Origin: Verrucomicrobiales bacterium
GTDB taxonomy: Bacteria; Verrucomicrobiota; Verrucomicrobiia; Verrucomicrobiales; V1-33
Assembly: GCA_031411295.1 (NCBI GenBank)
Contig: JANOAV010000114.1
Coordinates: 1-18,884, forward strand
Direction: 5' to 3'
DNA length: 18,884 nucleotides
The position numbers and the translations under genes are program-made. Positions 1 to 8,269 of this stretch are shown piece after piece (the first letter of the stretch is position 1; each line of letters opens with the position of its first letter). The notes under the pieces are model-generated. The model was not told the origin of the DNA and searched no databases. It saw only the letters and a program-made list of their open reading frames with translations.

Positions 1-308
1 ACTTTTTCACCGGCGGGCAGATGCCCAGCGATGACCTTCTGCTGTATTTCCAAGACGACCTTAGAATCGAGGGTCATTGGTGCGTCAACGGCACCCACTA
101 TGAGAAGACCGCGAATGCCTGGCTGGAAAACATGGATGCCCACGCGGCTGAGCTAAAGCCGCTCTTTGCGCAAACCTACGGTGCGGATGAGGTGACGAAA
201 TGGTGGTCCTACTGGCGCGTCTTCTTCATGGCCTGCGCGGAACTCTGGGGCTATAAGGGTGGCAATGAATGGATTGTGTCCCACTATCGGTTTGTGAAAC
301 CTGTCTGA
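1..308 (+). CDS. SAM-dependent methyltransferase, cyclopropane-fatty-acid synthase/coclaurine N-methyltransferase-like; 3' part only
   Basis: Frame is open from position 3: [17 protein letters not shown]...[13 protein letters not shown]...[25 protein letters not shown], the typical C-terminus of this family. The 5' end lies outside the window. Confidence 0.85.
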   Translation, partial: FFTGGQMPSDDLLLYFQDDLRIEGHWCVNGTHYEKTANAWLENMDAHAAELKPLFAQTYGADEVTKWWSYWRVFFMACAELWGYKGGNEWIVSHYRFVKPV

Positions 309-334
309 TGGGCACTGTGCGGCCTTCCGGGAAA

Positions 335-372
335 CAAAAAATGGTTCCCGTTTCCAGGAACCATTTTTTTTG
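335..372. terminator. Bidirectional rho-independent terminator
   Basis: AAAAAATGGTTCC-cgtttcca-GGAACCATTTTTTTT: a perfect stem with A and T tracts on either side, between two convergent genes. Confidence 0.85.
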
Positions 373-403
373 AATGTGAACTCAACAACAACCCGAGCAG
401 CGG

Positions 404-883
404 CTAGGTGCGCGCTGAGATTTTGCCATAGGTGCGGAGGAGGGCTTCTTGGTCGTCCTTGTCGAGGTCGTCCATCAGATCGACCAAGCTGGTGACGATC
501 TCTTCGCGAATGCGCTCGACGAGGTCGATGCCTTTGCGGGTGATTTGGACCATGACTTTGCGGCGGTCATCGGAGGCGTGCAGACGTTGCACGTAACCAA
601 GTTTCTCGAGACGGTCCACCAAGCCAGTTGCGGCAGCGGTGGAGTGGCCCATCTTCTTGGAGATGTCCGTCATCGTGAGGAAATCCTCATTGGCCAAGTA
701 GCCCAGAAGGAAAAACTGGGGGAACGAGACGTTGCCTTTATTTAACTCCTTGGAAAGGTTCAGCAGGAACGAACGCTGCGTGAACATAATGAAGTCCGCC
801 AGGCGACTGGCGTCCTTACGGATGGTGAGTTTGGAGTCTTCTAAGGTTTGCATAATTTTGGTCGGTTGTGGTTGAGTCGGCAT
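404..883 (-). CDS. MarR family transcriptional regulator
   Basis: VSFPQFFLL..L...LTMTDISKKMGHSTAAATGLVDRLEKLGYVQR...DDRRKVMVQITRKG is a winged-HTH MarR signature with the DRR wing. Alternative ATG at 853. Confidence 0.93.
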   Translation of the reverse strand: MPTQPQPTKIMQTLEDSKLTIRKDASRLADFIMFTQRSFLLNLSKELNKGNVSFPQFFLLGYLANEDFLTMTDISKKMGHSTAAATGLVDRLEKLGYVQRLHASDDRRKVMVQITRKGIDLVERIREEIVTSLVDLMDDLDKDDQEALLRTYGKISART

Positions 884-916
884 TCAATGTGAGCTAACTA
901 GAAATTTGTCATAAAT

Positions 917-946
917 ATTATAACACCAAGAAACTGCTTTAGGCAA
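917..946 (-). promoter_or_regulatory. Putative sigma70 promoter of marR
   Basis: Minus strand reads TTGCCT-N18-TATAAT, a consensus -10 with a TGn extension, in AT-rich DNA about 35 bp upstream of the ATG at 883. Confidence 0.65.
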
Positions 947-1191
947 GAAGTTTTAGCGGTCATCCTTTATTTTTTTGTAAAATCCATAACTTGAGAACCT
1001 GATTCGGTGGGTAATGTGCTCAATATATAGTCAAAGATGTGGAATTATCAAGTAGGAATCTCACTTTTTTGAAAAAATAGCGAAACTGAAAGGCACATCC
1101 CCTGAAAATGTAAGAATTCACGAGAGATCGGGATCCACGGGTTAGTTGAATTTCCAGAAGAAACACCAGTGGGCAGAGGTTAGAAGCCAAG

Positions 1192-1235
1192 AAATCAGCA
1201 AAATCAGCGTTCCAATTCGGAGAGGAACCGCTGAT
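1192..1235. repeat. Imperfect inverted repeat with a 9-nt-period duplication; REP-like or operator
   Basis: AAATCAGC occurs at 1192 and 1201. ATCAGCG-TTCC (1203-1213) pairs with GGAACCGCTGAT (1224-1235) with one bulge. Confidence 0.4.
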
Positions 1236-1303
1236 AATCGGAAAGCAGGGATGTTTTCGATGGCTTGGGTTGCAACTGGGGCAAGCATCCTTTACAAGTG
1301 GCG

Positions 1304-2893
1304 ATGCATGTAAGCATTTTCAACGACGTCATTGGCCCCGTGATGCGGGGGCCGTCCAGTTCCCACTGTGCGGCCGCTTTACGAATTGGCCGATTGGGCC
1401 TGGATCTAATGGGCGGTGAGCTGACGGAGGTATTGGTGGAATTTGACCAGAGTGGGTCCTTGCCGACGACGCACGATACTCAGGGCTCGGACATGGGGCT
1501 ATTCGGTGGCCTGATGGGCTGGGAGGCAGCGGACGAAAGGCTGCCGGGGTCCATGCAGACGTTGCAGGACAGCGGAGTGGTCATTCGGATCGAAACGGTG
1601 GACGTTGGGGATCCGCATCCGAATACGTATCGCTTGACGCTGATTAATGAGCGGGAACGCCACACGCTGCGTGCCATTTCCACTGGAGGCGGCATGATGG
1701 AGGTGGTCAATATCGATGGCTTCGATCTTTCTCTGCATGGCGACTACCAGGAAACCTTGCTGTGGGTGAAATCCGATGTTGCCGCAGTTGAAGCGAAGCT
1801 TACCGCGGGCATGGCAACGGACGCAATTCTGCTTCACGAGCATCACGGAGCACGATTGGTGCAGGTCAAGGCGCAGGAATTTGTGCCCGAGGCCCTTGTG
1901 ACTGAGCTAATGACCGCAGGATTCGTCAGCCGGGTCAAGCGACTGAGTCCCGTGCTCCCGGTGAAATCTCGCCAATCCACTCAAGTTCCCTTTACCACCT
2001 GCGCGGAAATGTTGGCGGCAGACGGCACGAAGCAGACTCCGCTCTGGAAGCTGGCCGTGGCTTATGAAGCGGCCCGGGGTGGCTTGTCCGAGGCGGAAGT
2101 ATTGGCAATGATGGTGGATATAGTGCGCATTTTGCGACGCTCCATTGCTCAGGGCTTGGCTGGCACGAGTTATGAGGATCGCGTGCTGGGTTTCCAGTCA
2201 GGTGGTTTCCATGAGCAGATGAAGGCTGGCCGACTGCTGGAAGCCGGGGCGTTGAATCGCATCATTTTATATGTCACAGCGCTGATGGAAGTGAAGAGTT
2301 CCATGGGGGTGATCGTAGCCATGCCCACCGCGGGTGCCTGTGCCGCCCTGCCCGGTGCGGTCATTGCCATGGCCGAGGAAATGAAATTAGGCGAGGAGGA
2401 CATGGCCCGCGCCATTCTCGCCAGCGGCTTGATCGGCGTCTTTATCGCTACGGCATGGACTTTTGCGGCGGAAGTCGGCGGTTGCCAAGCAGAAGGTGGC
2501 TCGGCCTCAGCGATGTCCGCCGCCGCCTTGGTGACGCTGGCTGGCGGCACGCTCCACCAAGCGGTATCGGCCGCGTCGATGAGCCTGCAAAGTATGATCG
2601 GGCTGATCTGTGATCCCATTGCCAATCGCGTGGAAGCGCCGTGTCTCGGGAAAAATGTCATGGCTGCCGCCAACGCGCTTTCCTGCGCCAACATGGCGCT
2701 GGCGGGGTTCGATCAAGTCATCCCGTTGGATGAAGTGATCGAGACCGCGAAGCAAGTGGCCACGCAGATGCCCCGCGAACTGCGCTGCACCGCTCTGGGC
2801 GGACTTTCCATTACCCCCACATCACTGGCGATCGAACAGCAGCTAGCAAGCAAACGCTCAGGCTGCGGCACGGGCGGCTGCGGGTGTAAGTGA
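1304..2893 (+). CDS. sdaA: Fe-S-dependent L-serine dehydratase, fused beta (SdaAB-like) and alpha (SdaAA-like) subunits
   Basis: N-terminal SIFNDVIGPVMRGPSSSH and HPNT/STGGG match the beta subunit. MGVIVAMPTAGAC, EVGGCQAE and GLICDPIANRVEAPC match the alpha subunit with three cluster Cys. ATG 1304 is preferred over TTG 1265. Confidence 0.92.
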   Translation: MHVSIFNDVIGPVMRGPSSSHCAAALRIGRLGLDLMGGELTEVLVEFDQSGSLPTTHDTQGSDMGLFGGLMGWEAADERLPGSMQTLQDSGVVIRIETVDVGDPHPNTYRLTLINERERHTLRAISTGGGMMEVVNIDGFDLSLHGDYQETLLWVKSDVAAVEAKLTAGMATDAILLHEHHGARLVQVKAQEFVPEALVTELMTAGFVSRVKRLSPVLPVKSRQSTQVPFTTCAEMLAADGTKQTPLWKLAVAYEAARGGLSEAEVLAMMVDIVRILRRSIAQGLAGTSYEDRVLGFQSGGFHEQMKAGRLLEAGALNRIILYVTALMEVKSSMGVIVAMPTAGACAALPGAVIAMAEEMKLGEEDMARAILASGLIGVFIATAWTFAAEVGGCQAEGGSASAMSAAALVTLAGGTLHQAVSAASMSLQSMIGLICDPIANRVEAPCLGKNVMAAANALSCANMALAGFDQVIPLDEVIETAKQVATQMPRELRCTALGGLSITPTSLAIEQQLASKRSGCGTGGCGCK

Positions 2894-2915
2894 AATTAGG
2901 GCCTGATGTGACTCC

Positions 2916-4268
2916 CTAGCTCTTCCAACCATCGCGATATTTGGTGGACAGGAAGGTGTTGGCCTCGGCATCGTTGGTGAACGCCATTTTGGCCGCATCC
3001 CATTCCAAGCGGGTGCCGGAGCGTCGAATGGCGATCATACCCAGTAGGCCGATTTCGCTGAGCGCGCCACCGTATTCAAAGCTGGAGCCTGCGGGGCGAT
3101 TTTCCCGGATGGCGTTGAGCCAGTCGTGCTGGTGCTGGCCATTCTTGATGCGCGGAATTTTCTCGTCGGGGCGCTTGTAGTCTTTCATGCGGGCCTCAGG
3201 GATGATGCGGGGGCTGCCGGCTCCGTGGGATCCGTGCATGATCTTCCCCTGATCCCCGATGATGACGGCTCCGATGCCGACGACTTTGCGATTCTCCTTG
3301 GTCAACTCTTCGGGCTGCGGAATCGAGAAATCGCCATCATGCCAGATCAGTTTTACCGGTCCGCGATCTCCCTTGGCGGGGAATTCGTAAGTGATCTTGC
3401 TGCCTTGGGGATAGAACTCTGCGTCGGCCTTGGGGTCGTAACCTTTGGTTTCTGCGGTAATGGCGGTGGGCATGTCCAGATCCAAGGCCCAGAAGGAGGG
3501 GTCCAGCACGTGGCAAATCCAGTCGCCAATGCAACCACTGCCGTAGGCGGAAAAGCCACGCCAGTTAAATGGCAAATAAGCGGGATTGTAATCGCGCGCC
3601 GCAGTCGGTCCCTGCCAGAGATCCCAATCCAGTTCCTTGGGGACTTCGGGTTTTTGTTGGGCGATTTCGGCCTTCTTCCGGATTTGGCAGTAAACGTCAC
3701 GGAAGGCGTCACAGCCAGCGTGGACTTCGGTCACTTTACCGATGGCACCCGATTGCACCATTTCGACGAAGCGACGGATATCGTCCGAGGAATGACCTTG
3801 ATTGCCCACCTGCGTAATGACCTTCTTTTCGATGGCGGCCTTGCGCATGGCACGCACTTCGGACACGGTGTGAGCCAGCGGTTTCTCGCAATAGACATGT
3901 TTGCCGTGGCCAATGGCGGCCAGGGAAACGACGGCGTGGCAGTGATCCGGGGTTGCCACTAGCACGGCATCAAATTCATTGCCGATTTTGTCGAACATTT
4001 GGCGAAAATCCTTGAAACGTTTGGCCTTGGGGAACTTGTCGAAGCTGCCCGCAGCCCGGCGGTCATCCACATCGCAGAGGGCTACGATATCTTCGTTCGC
4101 CATCCCGCCGAGATCCGCTCCCCCCTGACCACCGCAGCCGACCACGGCCAGACGCACCCGGTTGTTGGGCGTTTGCTTATCCCCTTGGGCAAAGAGCACG
4201 TGACTGGGCACCACTTGGAACCCGAAGGCAGTGGAAGCGGCGGTGGAGACGAAGGAGCGACGTTTCAT
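2916..4268 (-). CDS. Gfo/Idh/MocA family NAD(P)-dependent oxidoreductase with Tat signal peptide
   Basis: MKRRSFV twin-arginine motif, Rossmann VVGCGGQG, VATPDH, HVYCEKP and GDWICHVLD motifs. Confidence 0.93.
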   Translation of the reverse strand: MKRRSFVSTAASTAFGFQVVPSHVLFAQGDKQTPNNRVRLAVVGCGGQGGADLGGMANEDIVALCDVDDRRAAGSFDKFPKAKRFKDFRQMFDKIGNEFDAVLVATPDHCHAVVSLAAIGHGKHVYCEKPLAHTVSEVRAMRKAAIEKKVITQVGNQGHSSDDIRRFVEMVQSGAIGKVTEVHAGCDAFRDVYCQIRKKAEIAQQKPEVPKELDWDLWQGPTAARDYNPAYLPFNWRGFSAYGSGCIGDWICHVLDPSFWALDLDMPTAITAETKGYDPKADAEFYPQGSKITYEFPAKGDRGPVKLIWHDGDFSIPQPEELTKENRKVVGIGAVIIGDQGKIMHGSHGAGSPRIIPEARMKDYKRPDEKIPRIKNGQHQHDWLNAIRENRPAGSSFEYGGALSEIGLLGMIAIRRSGTRLEWDAAKMAFTNDAEANTFLSTKYRDGWKS

Positions 4269-4391
4269 GAATGGATTAGTGGGTTCAGATGGGATTTAAA
4301 ATTTTAGGACCATGGCTATCTAAGGGGCTGCGCCCTGAGGTGACAACAATTTTCGCGTCGAGTGAGTCACGGGAGTGCGGAGCGGTTGAGG

Positions 4392-5690
4392 CTAGAACTT
4401 CATCGTGGATTCGAGTTTTTGCTTTTCCAGTTTGACATCCTCCTGAAGCTTACGCGTCTCCTCTTCGGCCTTGCGCCGCATGGAGTCGTATTGCAGGCCG
4501 GGACGAATTTCGAGTTGGTTGTTCAACGCCCGCATGAAGGCCTTGGTGGCAATTAAGTAGCGTTCGACGGTGGGATGGACGCGCGCTTGCATCAGGCTTA
4601 GGGTATTGGCGCTGCTGGTGGAAATTTTGCGAATCTCGGCGGGATTGTGTTTTAGCAAAGTTTCCCAGAACGGTTGGGCCGCCTTGAGGATGGCTTGCTG
4701 GGAAGTCAAGAAGGTCATTTTACCGGGGAGCTTGCCCGTGGCCGTTTGCAGGAGCAGCCGGGCGGATAGATGCTGCGGTAGGAGTTGGAGGATCTCGTTG
4801 AGTTTGGCCAGGGTGGTGGGATTTTTCAGCAGCGTTGGCAGCGGGGTGGAGGTGCTGGCGACTTGGATTTGACTAAAGATGGCGCTGGCTTTGGCAAAAT
4901 TTTCGGGCGGGGCGGCTGCGGCCACCGCCAAGGCATCGTCCAGGGTCACGAGGGCAATGATTTCATGAAGCAGCAGGGTCTGCGGTTCACCCATTAGCGC
5001 TAGATCACGAATTTCGGCTTCTGACACTAAGGGAACTCCAATCCGCAGGCCGCGCTCGTTCTCCAAGTTCCGGATCCGGGTGCCGATGGCGACAGCTCCG
5101 GTCACGGCGCCAGCGGCTTCCGGGCCGATGCCTCCCACGAGGACGGCCTTGGGGTTGAGTTCCGTGCCGGTCACTAGAGAGTGCAGCAGCACGGCCGCCG
5201 CCACCGCGGCACTATCCTGTTCATGTCCATGGTAATCTCCGTCACAGCGATAGTCCACGGTCAATCCGGTGGGCCAAGCCGGAACTTTCTTCCGCAAGGA
5301 CGCGATGCCATGGAGCAGGGCGTTGTCGAAGGCCGCAGTGCCTTTGGAGAAAGAGCCGAGGGGTTGGGACCTAACCCCAGTCTGGCTTGCTTCCGCGCTG
5401 AACGTGGCCAACTTGGCCGTGGCGAAGGATTTTTTCGGAGCGTCGAGCAAGATGACCTTAAGTGAGGAACGGGCGAGCTTCACCTTCGTGCCCGCAGGAC
5501 CGGCGTCATCCGTCGGGGCGGTTGGCGGGGCCACGGTTTTGGGCGCGGATTTTTCAATGACGCCAGTGCCGAAAAAGAGCATCTCCTCGGAGGAAAGGTC
5601 TTCACAGAGGCTTGAGGAAATGGTGATCCCAAGGCCAACAAGACATAGTAAGGGGAGCTTCCGAAAGGCAGGAATGATCAGCGTGGTCAT
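4392..5690 (-). CDS. Exported protein with a Lon/S16 protease-like domain, probably degenerate
   Basis: Signal-like N-terminus (FRKLPLLCLVGLGITISS). QDSAAVAAAVLLHSLVTGTELNPKAVLVGGI resembles the Lon GPSAG...VSALTG.....AMTGEI segment. Helical C-terminus. Start 5690 is preferred; the ORF extends to 5726. Confidence 0.6.
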   Translation of the reverse strand: MTTLIIPAFRKLPLLCLVGLGITISSSLCEDLSSEEMLFFGTGVIEKSAPKTVAPPTAPTDDAGPAGTKVKLARSSLKVILLDAPKKSFATAKLATFSAEASQTGVRSQPLGSFSKGTAAFDNALLHGIASLRKKVPAWPTGLTVDYRCDGDYHGHEQDSAAVAAAVLLHSLVTGTELNPKAVLVGGIGPEAAGAVTGAVAIGTRIRNLENERGLRIGVPLVSEAEIRDLALMGEPQTLLLHEIIALVTLDDALAVAAAAPPENFAKASAIFSQIQVASTSTPLPTLLKNPTTLAKLNEILQLLPQHLSARLLLQTATGKLPGKMTFLTSQQAILKAAQPFWETLLKHNPAEIRKISTSSANTLSLMQARVHPTVERYLIATKAFMRALNNQLEIRPGLQYDSMRRKAEEETRKLQEDVKLEKQKLESTMKF

Positions 5691-5890
5691 GGGGTAGCTA
5701 TAAGGTGCCAACAGAGGAAGCGCCACCGCAAATATGCCGGTGCCAGTGATTTAATGGGCCACAAACAGGAATAAATTTTGGTGCTTTTTGGACTGAACGC
5801 GTGCTTGCCAAACAGGTGAGGTGAGTGAAATGTCCCGGTTCCCCACTAACGTTCTCACCGTCCTCTCGCTTCACCTTTCCTGATCCCTCT

Positions 5891-8170
5891 ATGTCCAGTC
5901 CCGTCGATGCGGCCCAGCCCTATGATCCCATGTTCATCCCTCCCACAGTTGAGGAATTGGGAGCCATGTTGCCGCATTATGAAATTCATTTCCTCATTGC
6001 CTCGGGCGGCATGGGGGCCGTCTATAAGGGATGCCAGAAGGACTTGGATCGATTGGTGGCTATCAAAATTCTGCCCCCCGATGCCGGCAACGATGCCGAA
6101 TCCCTCGCCCGCTTCCGCAGTGAAGCCCGTGCGATGGCCAAACTGAATCACCCGAATATCATTAGTATTTATGATTTCGGGGCCGTGACTGGTCAGTGTT
6201 TTTTTGTGATGGAATACGTGGAGGGACGGAACGTTCATGAGTTGATTACGGAGGGCATCGTGACTCCCGACCTGGCGCAAAATGTGCTAGGACAGGTCTG
6301 CGATGCGTTAAGCTACGCCCACGGCAAAGGCATCGTGCATGGTGATATCAAGCCATCGAATATCGTGGTTGATTCCGACGGGGTGGTGAAACTTTTGGAC
6401 TTCGGATTGGCGCGACTCATGGAGCATGAACAGTCCAACACCGAGGTGGATTGGGTGCCGATGGGCACGCCGGAATACGCCGCGCCTGAATTGTATGAAC
6501 GTGGCTCCGTGGCGGATCCCCGCACGGACATTTACGCCTTGGGGGTGGTTTTTTACGAAATGCTGATGCGCACGGTGCCGCAGGGAACATTTGCCCTGCC
6601 GACGACCACCATGGCGGTGGATCCCCGCGTGGATGACATCATCGTCCGCTGCTTACGGGGAGAGCCGGAAGAGCGCTTCCAAGCGGCCAGCGAAGTCCGG
6701 CAATTGCTCGAGGATATCCGCACTGGCAAGCCGCTGCCCCAAGTGGCTTCCACCAAACAGGCCAAGCAAGTGACGATCATGCGCCCCAGTGCCCGGAAGC
6801 CGCCACCACCCACGGGGGTTACGCGTGGCGCGGCGGCCCCTCGCAGCCCAGCCGCCACTGGTCGCAGCAACTTGGATCGGCTTTCGAAGATTGAGGCGGA
6901 GGGCAAGGCCAAACAAAAGAAGATGCTCATCAACGGGACTATCCTATTCGCCATCGCATTGGTATTAGCGATTGGAGCCATGGCTTTGTATCCGAAGAAG
7001 GATCCAGATGTCGTCAAACCAGCGCCACCGCCGCCGCCTCCAAAAAAAGAGACCGTCACTTTCGCTCCGCCGCGGCCGGACCCACCGAAAGTGGAGCCCA
7101 AGGTAGTGCCCAAGCCCGTGGTGCCAGTAGTCCCAGAAAAGCCCGTGGTGGTCGTCCCAGAGCCGCCGAAGCCGGAAGTGGCGGTGCCAGCGCCTTCCGT
7201 CGGCCCGATCACCGAGCCCTTTCCGGCTTTGGCGAAGATCAAAAAAGATTTCATCGATCGTTATCAAACCGAAGTTAGGGGCAAGATCCTAGCCGTGGAA
7301 AAGGATTACGCGGATAAATACCGCCAGGCGCTGACTCGGTTGGAACCAGAGTTTCTTTCGCGCAATGATGCGTCAGGAGTCTTGCAAGTGCGCACGGAAC
7401 TGGATCGTTTCAACGCTTCCAGCGCAGCACCGACCAATGCGGAGCTGGCCCGCAACGAGAAGGTGGCCGACCTGCAAAAGAAACTCATCGCAGCCTTTGC
7501 TGCGGTGAAGAAAAATTTCCTCCCTGCGATTGCGAAGCTGAATGGAGAATTCAGCGAGGGACTTGCCCGGCTGGGGAATACGCTCACGAGTGAAGGCAAA
7601 AAGGAAGAAGCTGAAGCCGTCAAAGCGTTCCGTGATGCCGGGGCCAAAGCCACAGATTATGTCGGTGCGGTGGCGGGATTTGTGGAAATGCCCGTGGAGG
7701 TTGTTTCTAAAGGAGCAATCGAACAGGGCAATGTGGCCCAAGCGAGCCGGGGCGCCACGGCCGAAGCCCAGAAAAATCCGGACGGCTTGATCGATGGGAT
7801 CGATGAAAAGGATGCAGCCGGTTATAGTGATGTCGATGGTAGCTTGGTGGTGATTCTTGATAAAGTTTACCAGATTGAGCAGATCGCTTTCCACCTCCCG
7901 CGCGACGACGATCACTCCTACCGCTACGTGTTGGAGGGCACGGTGGATCAGAAAACATGGACCGTGCTGGCGGACAAGACCGAGGAGGATCACCGGGGCT
8001 ATCAATACCTCAACATTCCCCCTCAACCCCTCAAAGCCTTCCGCATCTTGCCCAAAAAAGTATCGGGCACCAAGCACTTCCTAGTCGAAGAAGTGGCTGC
8101 CTTCTGTCGGGGGAAAAAGCCCGATCTCTGGGGTGACCGCGCCAAGGAGAAACCGGAGCGCAATAACTAG
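5891..8170 (+). CDS. Membrane Hanks-type Ser/Thr kinase (non-RD) with Pro-rich linker and C-terminal discoidin/F5-8C-like domain
   Basis: SGGMGAVY, VAIK, HGDIKPSN, DFG, GTPEYAAPE and DIYALG motifs. One TM (TILFAIALVLAIGAMALY), a Pro/Val/Lys linker, and C-terminal NVAQASRGA...LIDG...YRYVLEG..D.KTWTVL. ATG 5891 is preferred over GTG 5825. Confidence 0.9.
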   Translation: MSSPVDAAQPYDPMFIPPTVEELGAMLPHYEIHFLIASGGMGAVYKGCQKDLDRLVAIKILPPDAGNDAESLARFRSEARAMAKLNHPNIISIYDFGAVTGQCFFVMEYVEGRNVHELITEGIVTPDLAQNVLGQVCDALSYAHGKGIVHGDIKPSNIVVDSDGVVKLLDFGLARLMEHEQSNTEVDWVPMGTPEYAAPELYERGSVADPRTDIYALGVVFYEMLMRTVPQGTFALPTTTMAVDPRVDDIIVRCLRGEPEERFQAASEVRQLLEDIRTGKPLPQVASTKQAKQVTIMRPSARKPPPPTGVTRGAAAPRSPAATGRSNLDRLSKIEAEGKAKQKKMLINGTILFAIALVLAIGAMALYPKKDPDVVKPAPPPPPPKKETVTFAPPRPDPPKVEPKVVPKPVVPVVPEKPVVVVPEPPKPEVAVPAPSVGPITEPFPALAKIKKDFIDRYQTEVRGKILAVEKDYADKYRQALTRLEPEFLSRNDASGVLQVRTELDRFNASSAAPTNAELARNEKVADLQKKLIAAFAAVKKNFLPAIAKLNGEFSEGLARLGNTLTSEGKKEEAEAVKAFRDAGAKATDYVGAVAGFVEMPVEVVSKGAIEQGNVAQASRGATAEAQKNPDGLIDGIDEKDAAGYSDVDGSLVVILDKVYQIEQIAFHLPRDDDHSYRYVLEGTVDQKTWTVLADKTEEDHRGYQYLNIPPQPLKAFRILPKKVSGTKHFLVEEVAAFCRGKKPDLWGDRAKEKPERNN

Positions 8171-8269
8171 CGCTGCTCGCCACCCGTGCCCTCCCGCAAG
8201 CGCGCTGATTTTATCGATAGGCGTGACCACCCGCGCGCTGGTAGGTTCGCACGACTACCCATTTTACTC

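Noticed and set aside
904..916. ATTTGTCATAAAT as the MarR operator
   Set aside because: A short imperfect dyad in AT-rich DNA is likely by chance; the position is plausible but support is insufficient.
3126..3962. Long shadow ORFs (3126-3962, 6553-7254, 7373-8077, 8312-8995, 11831-12430 and similar)
   Set aside because: They lie antisense to well-supported genes, are expected in GC-rich DNA, and carry no motifs.
7010..7220. Repetitive sequence as a DNA repeat array or CRISPR
   Set aside because: It is low-complexity coding for the Pro/Val/Lys linker, with no fixed repeat-spacer structure.
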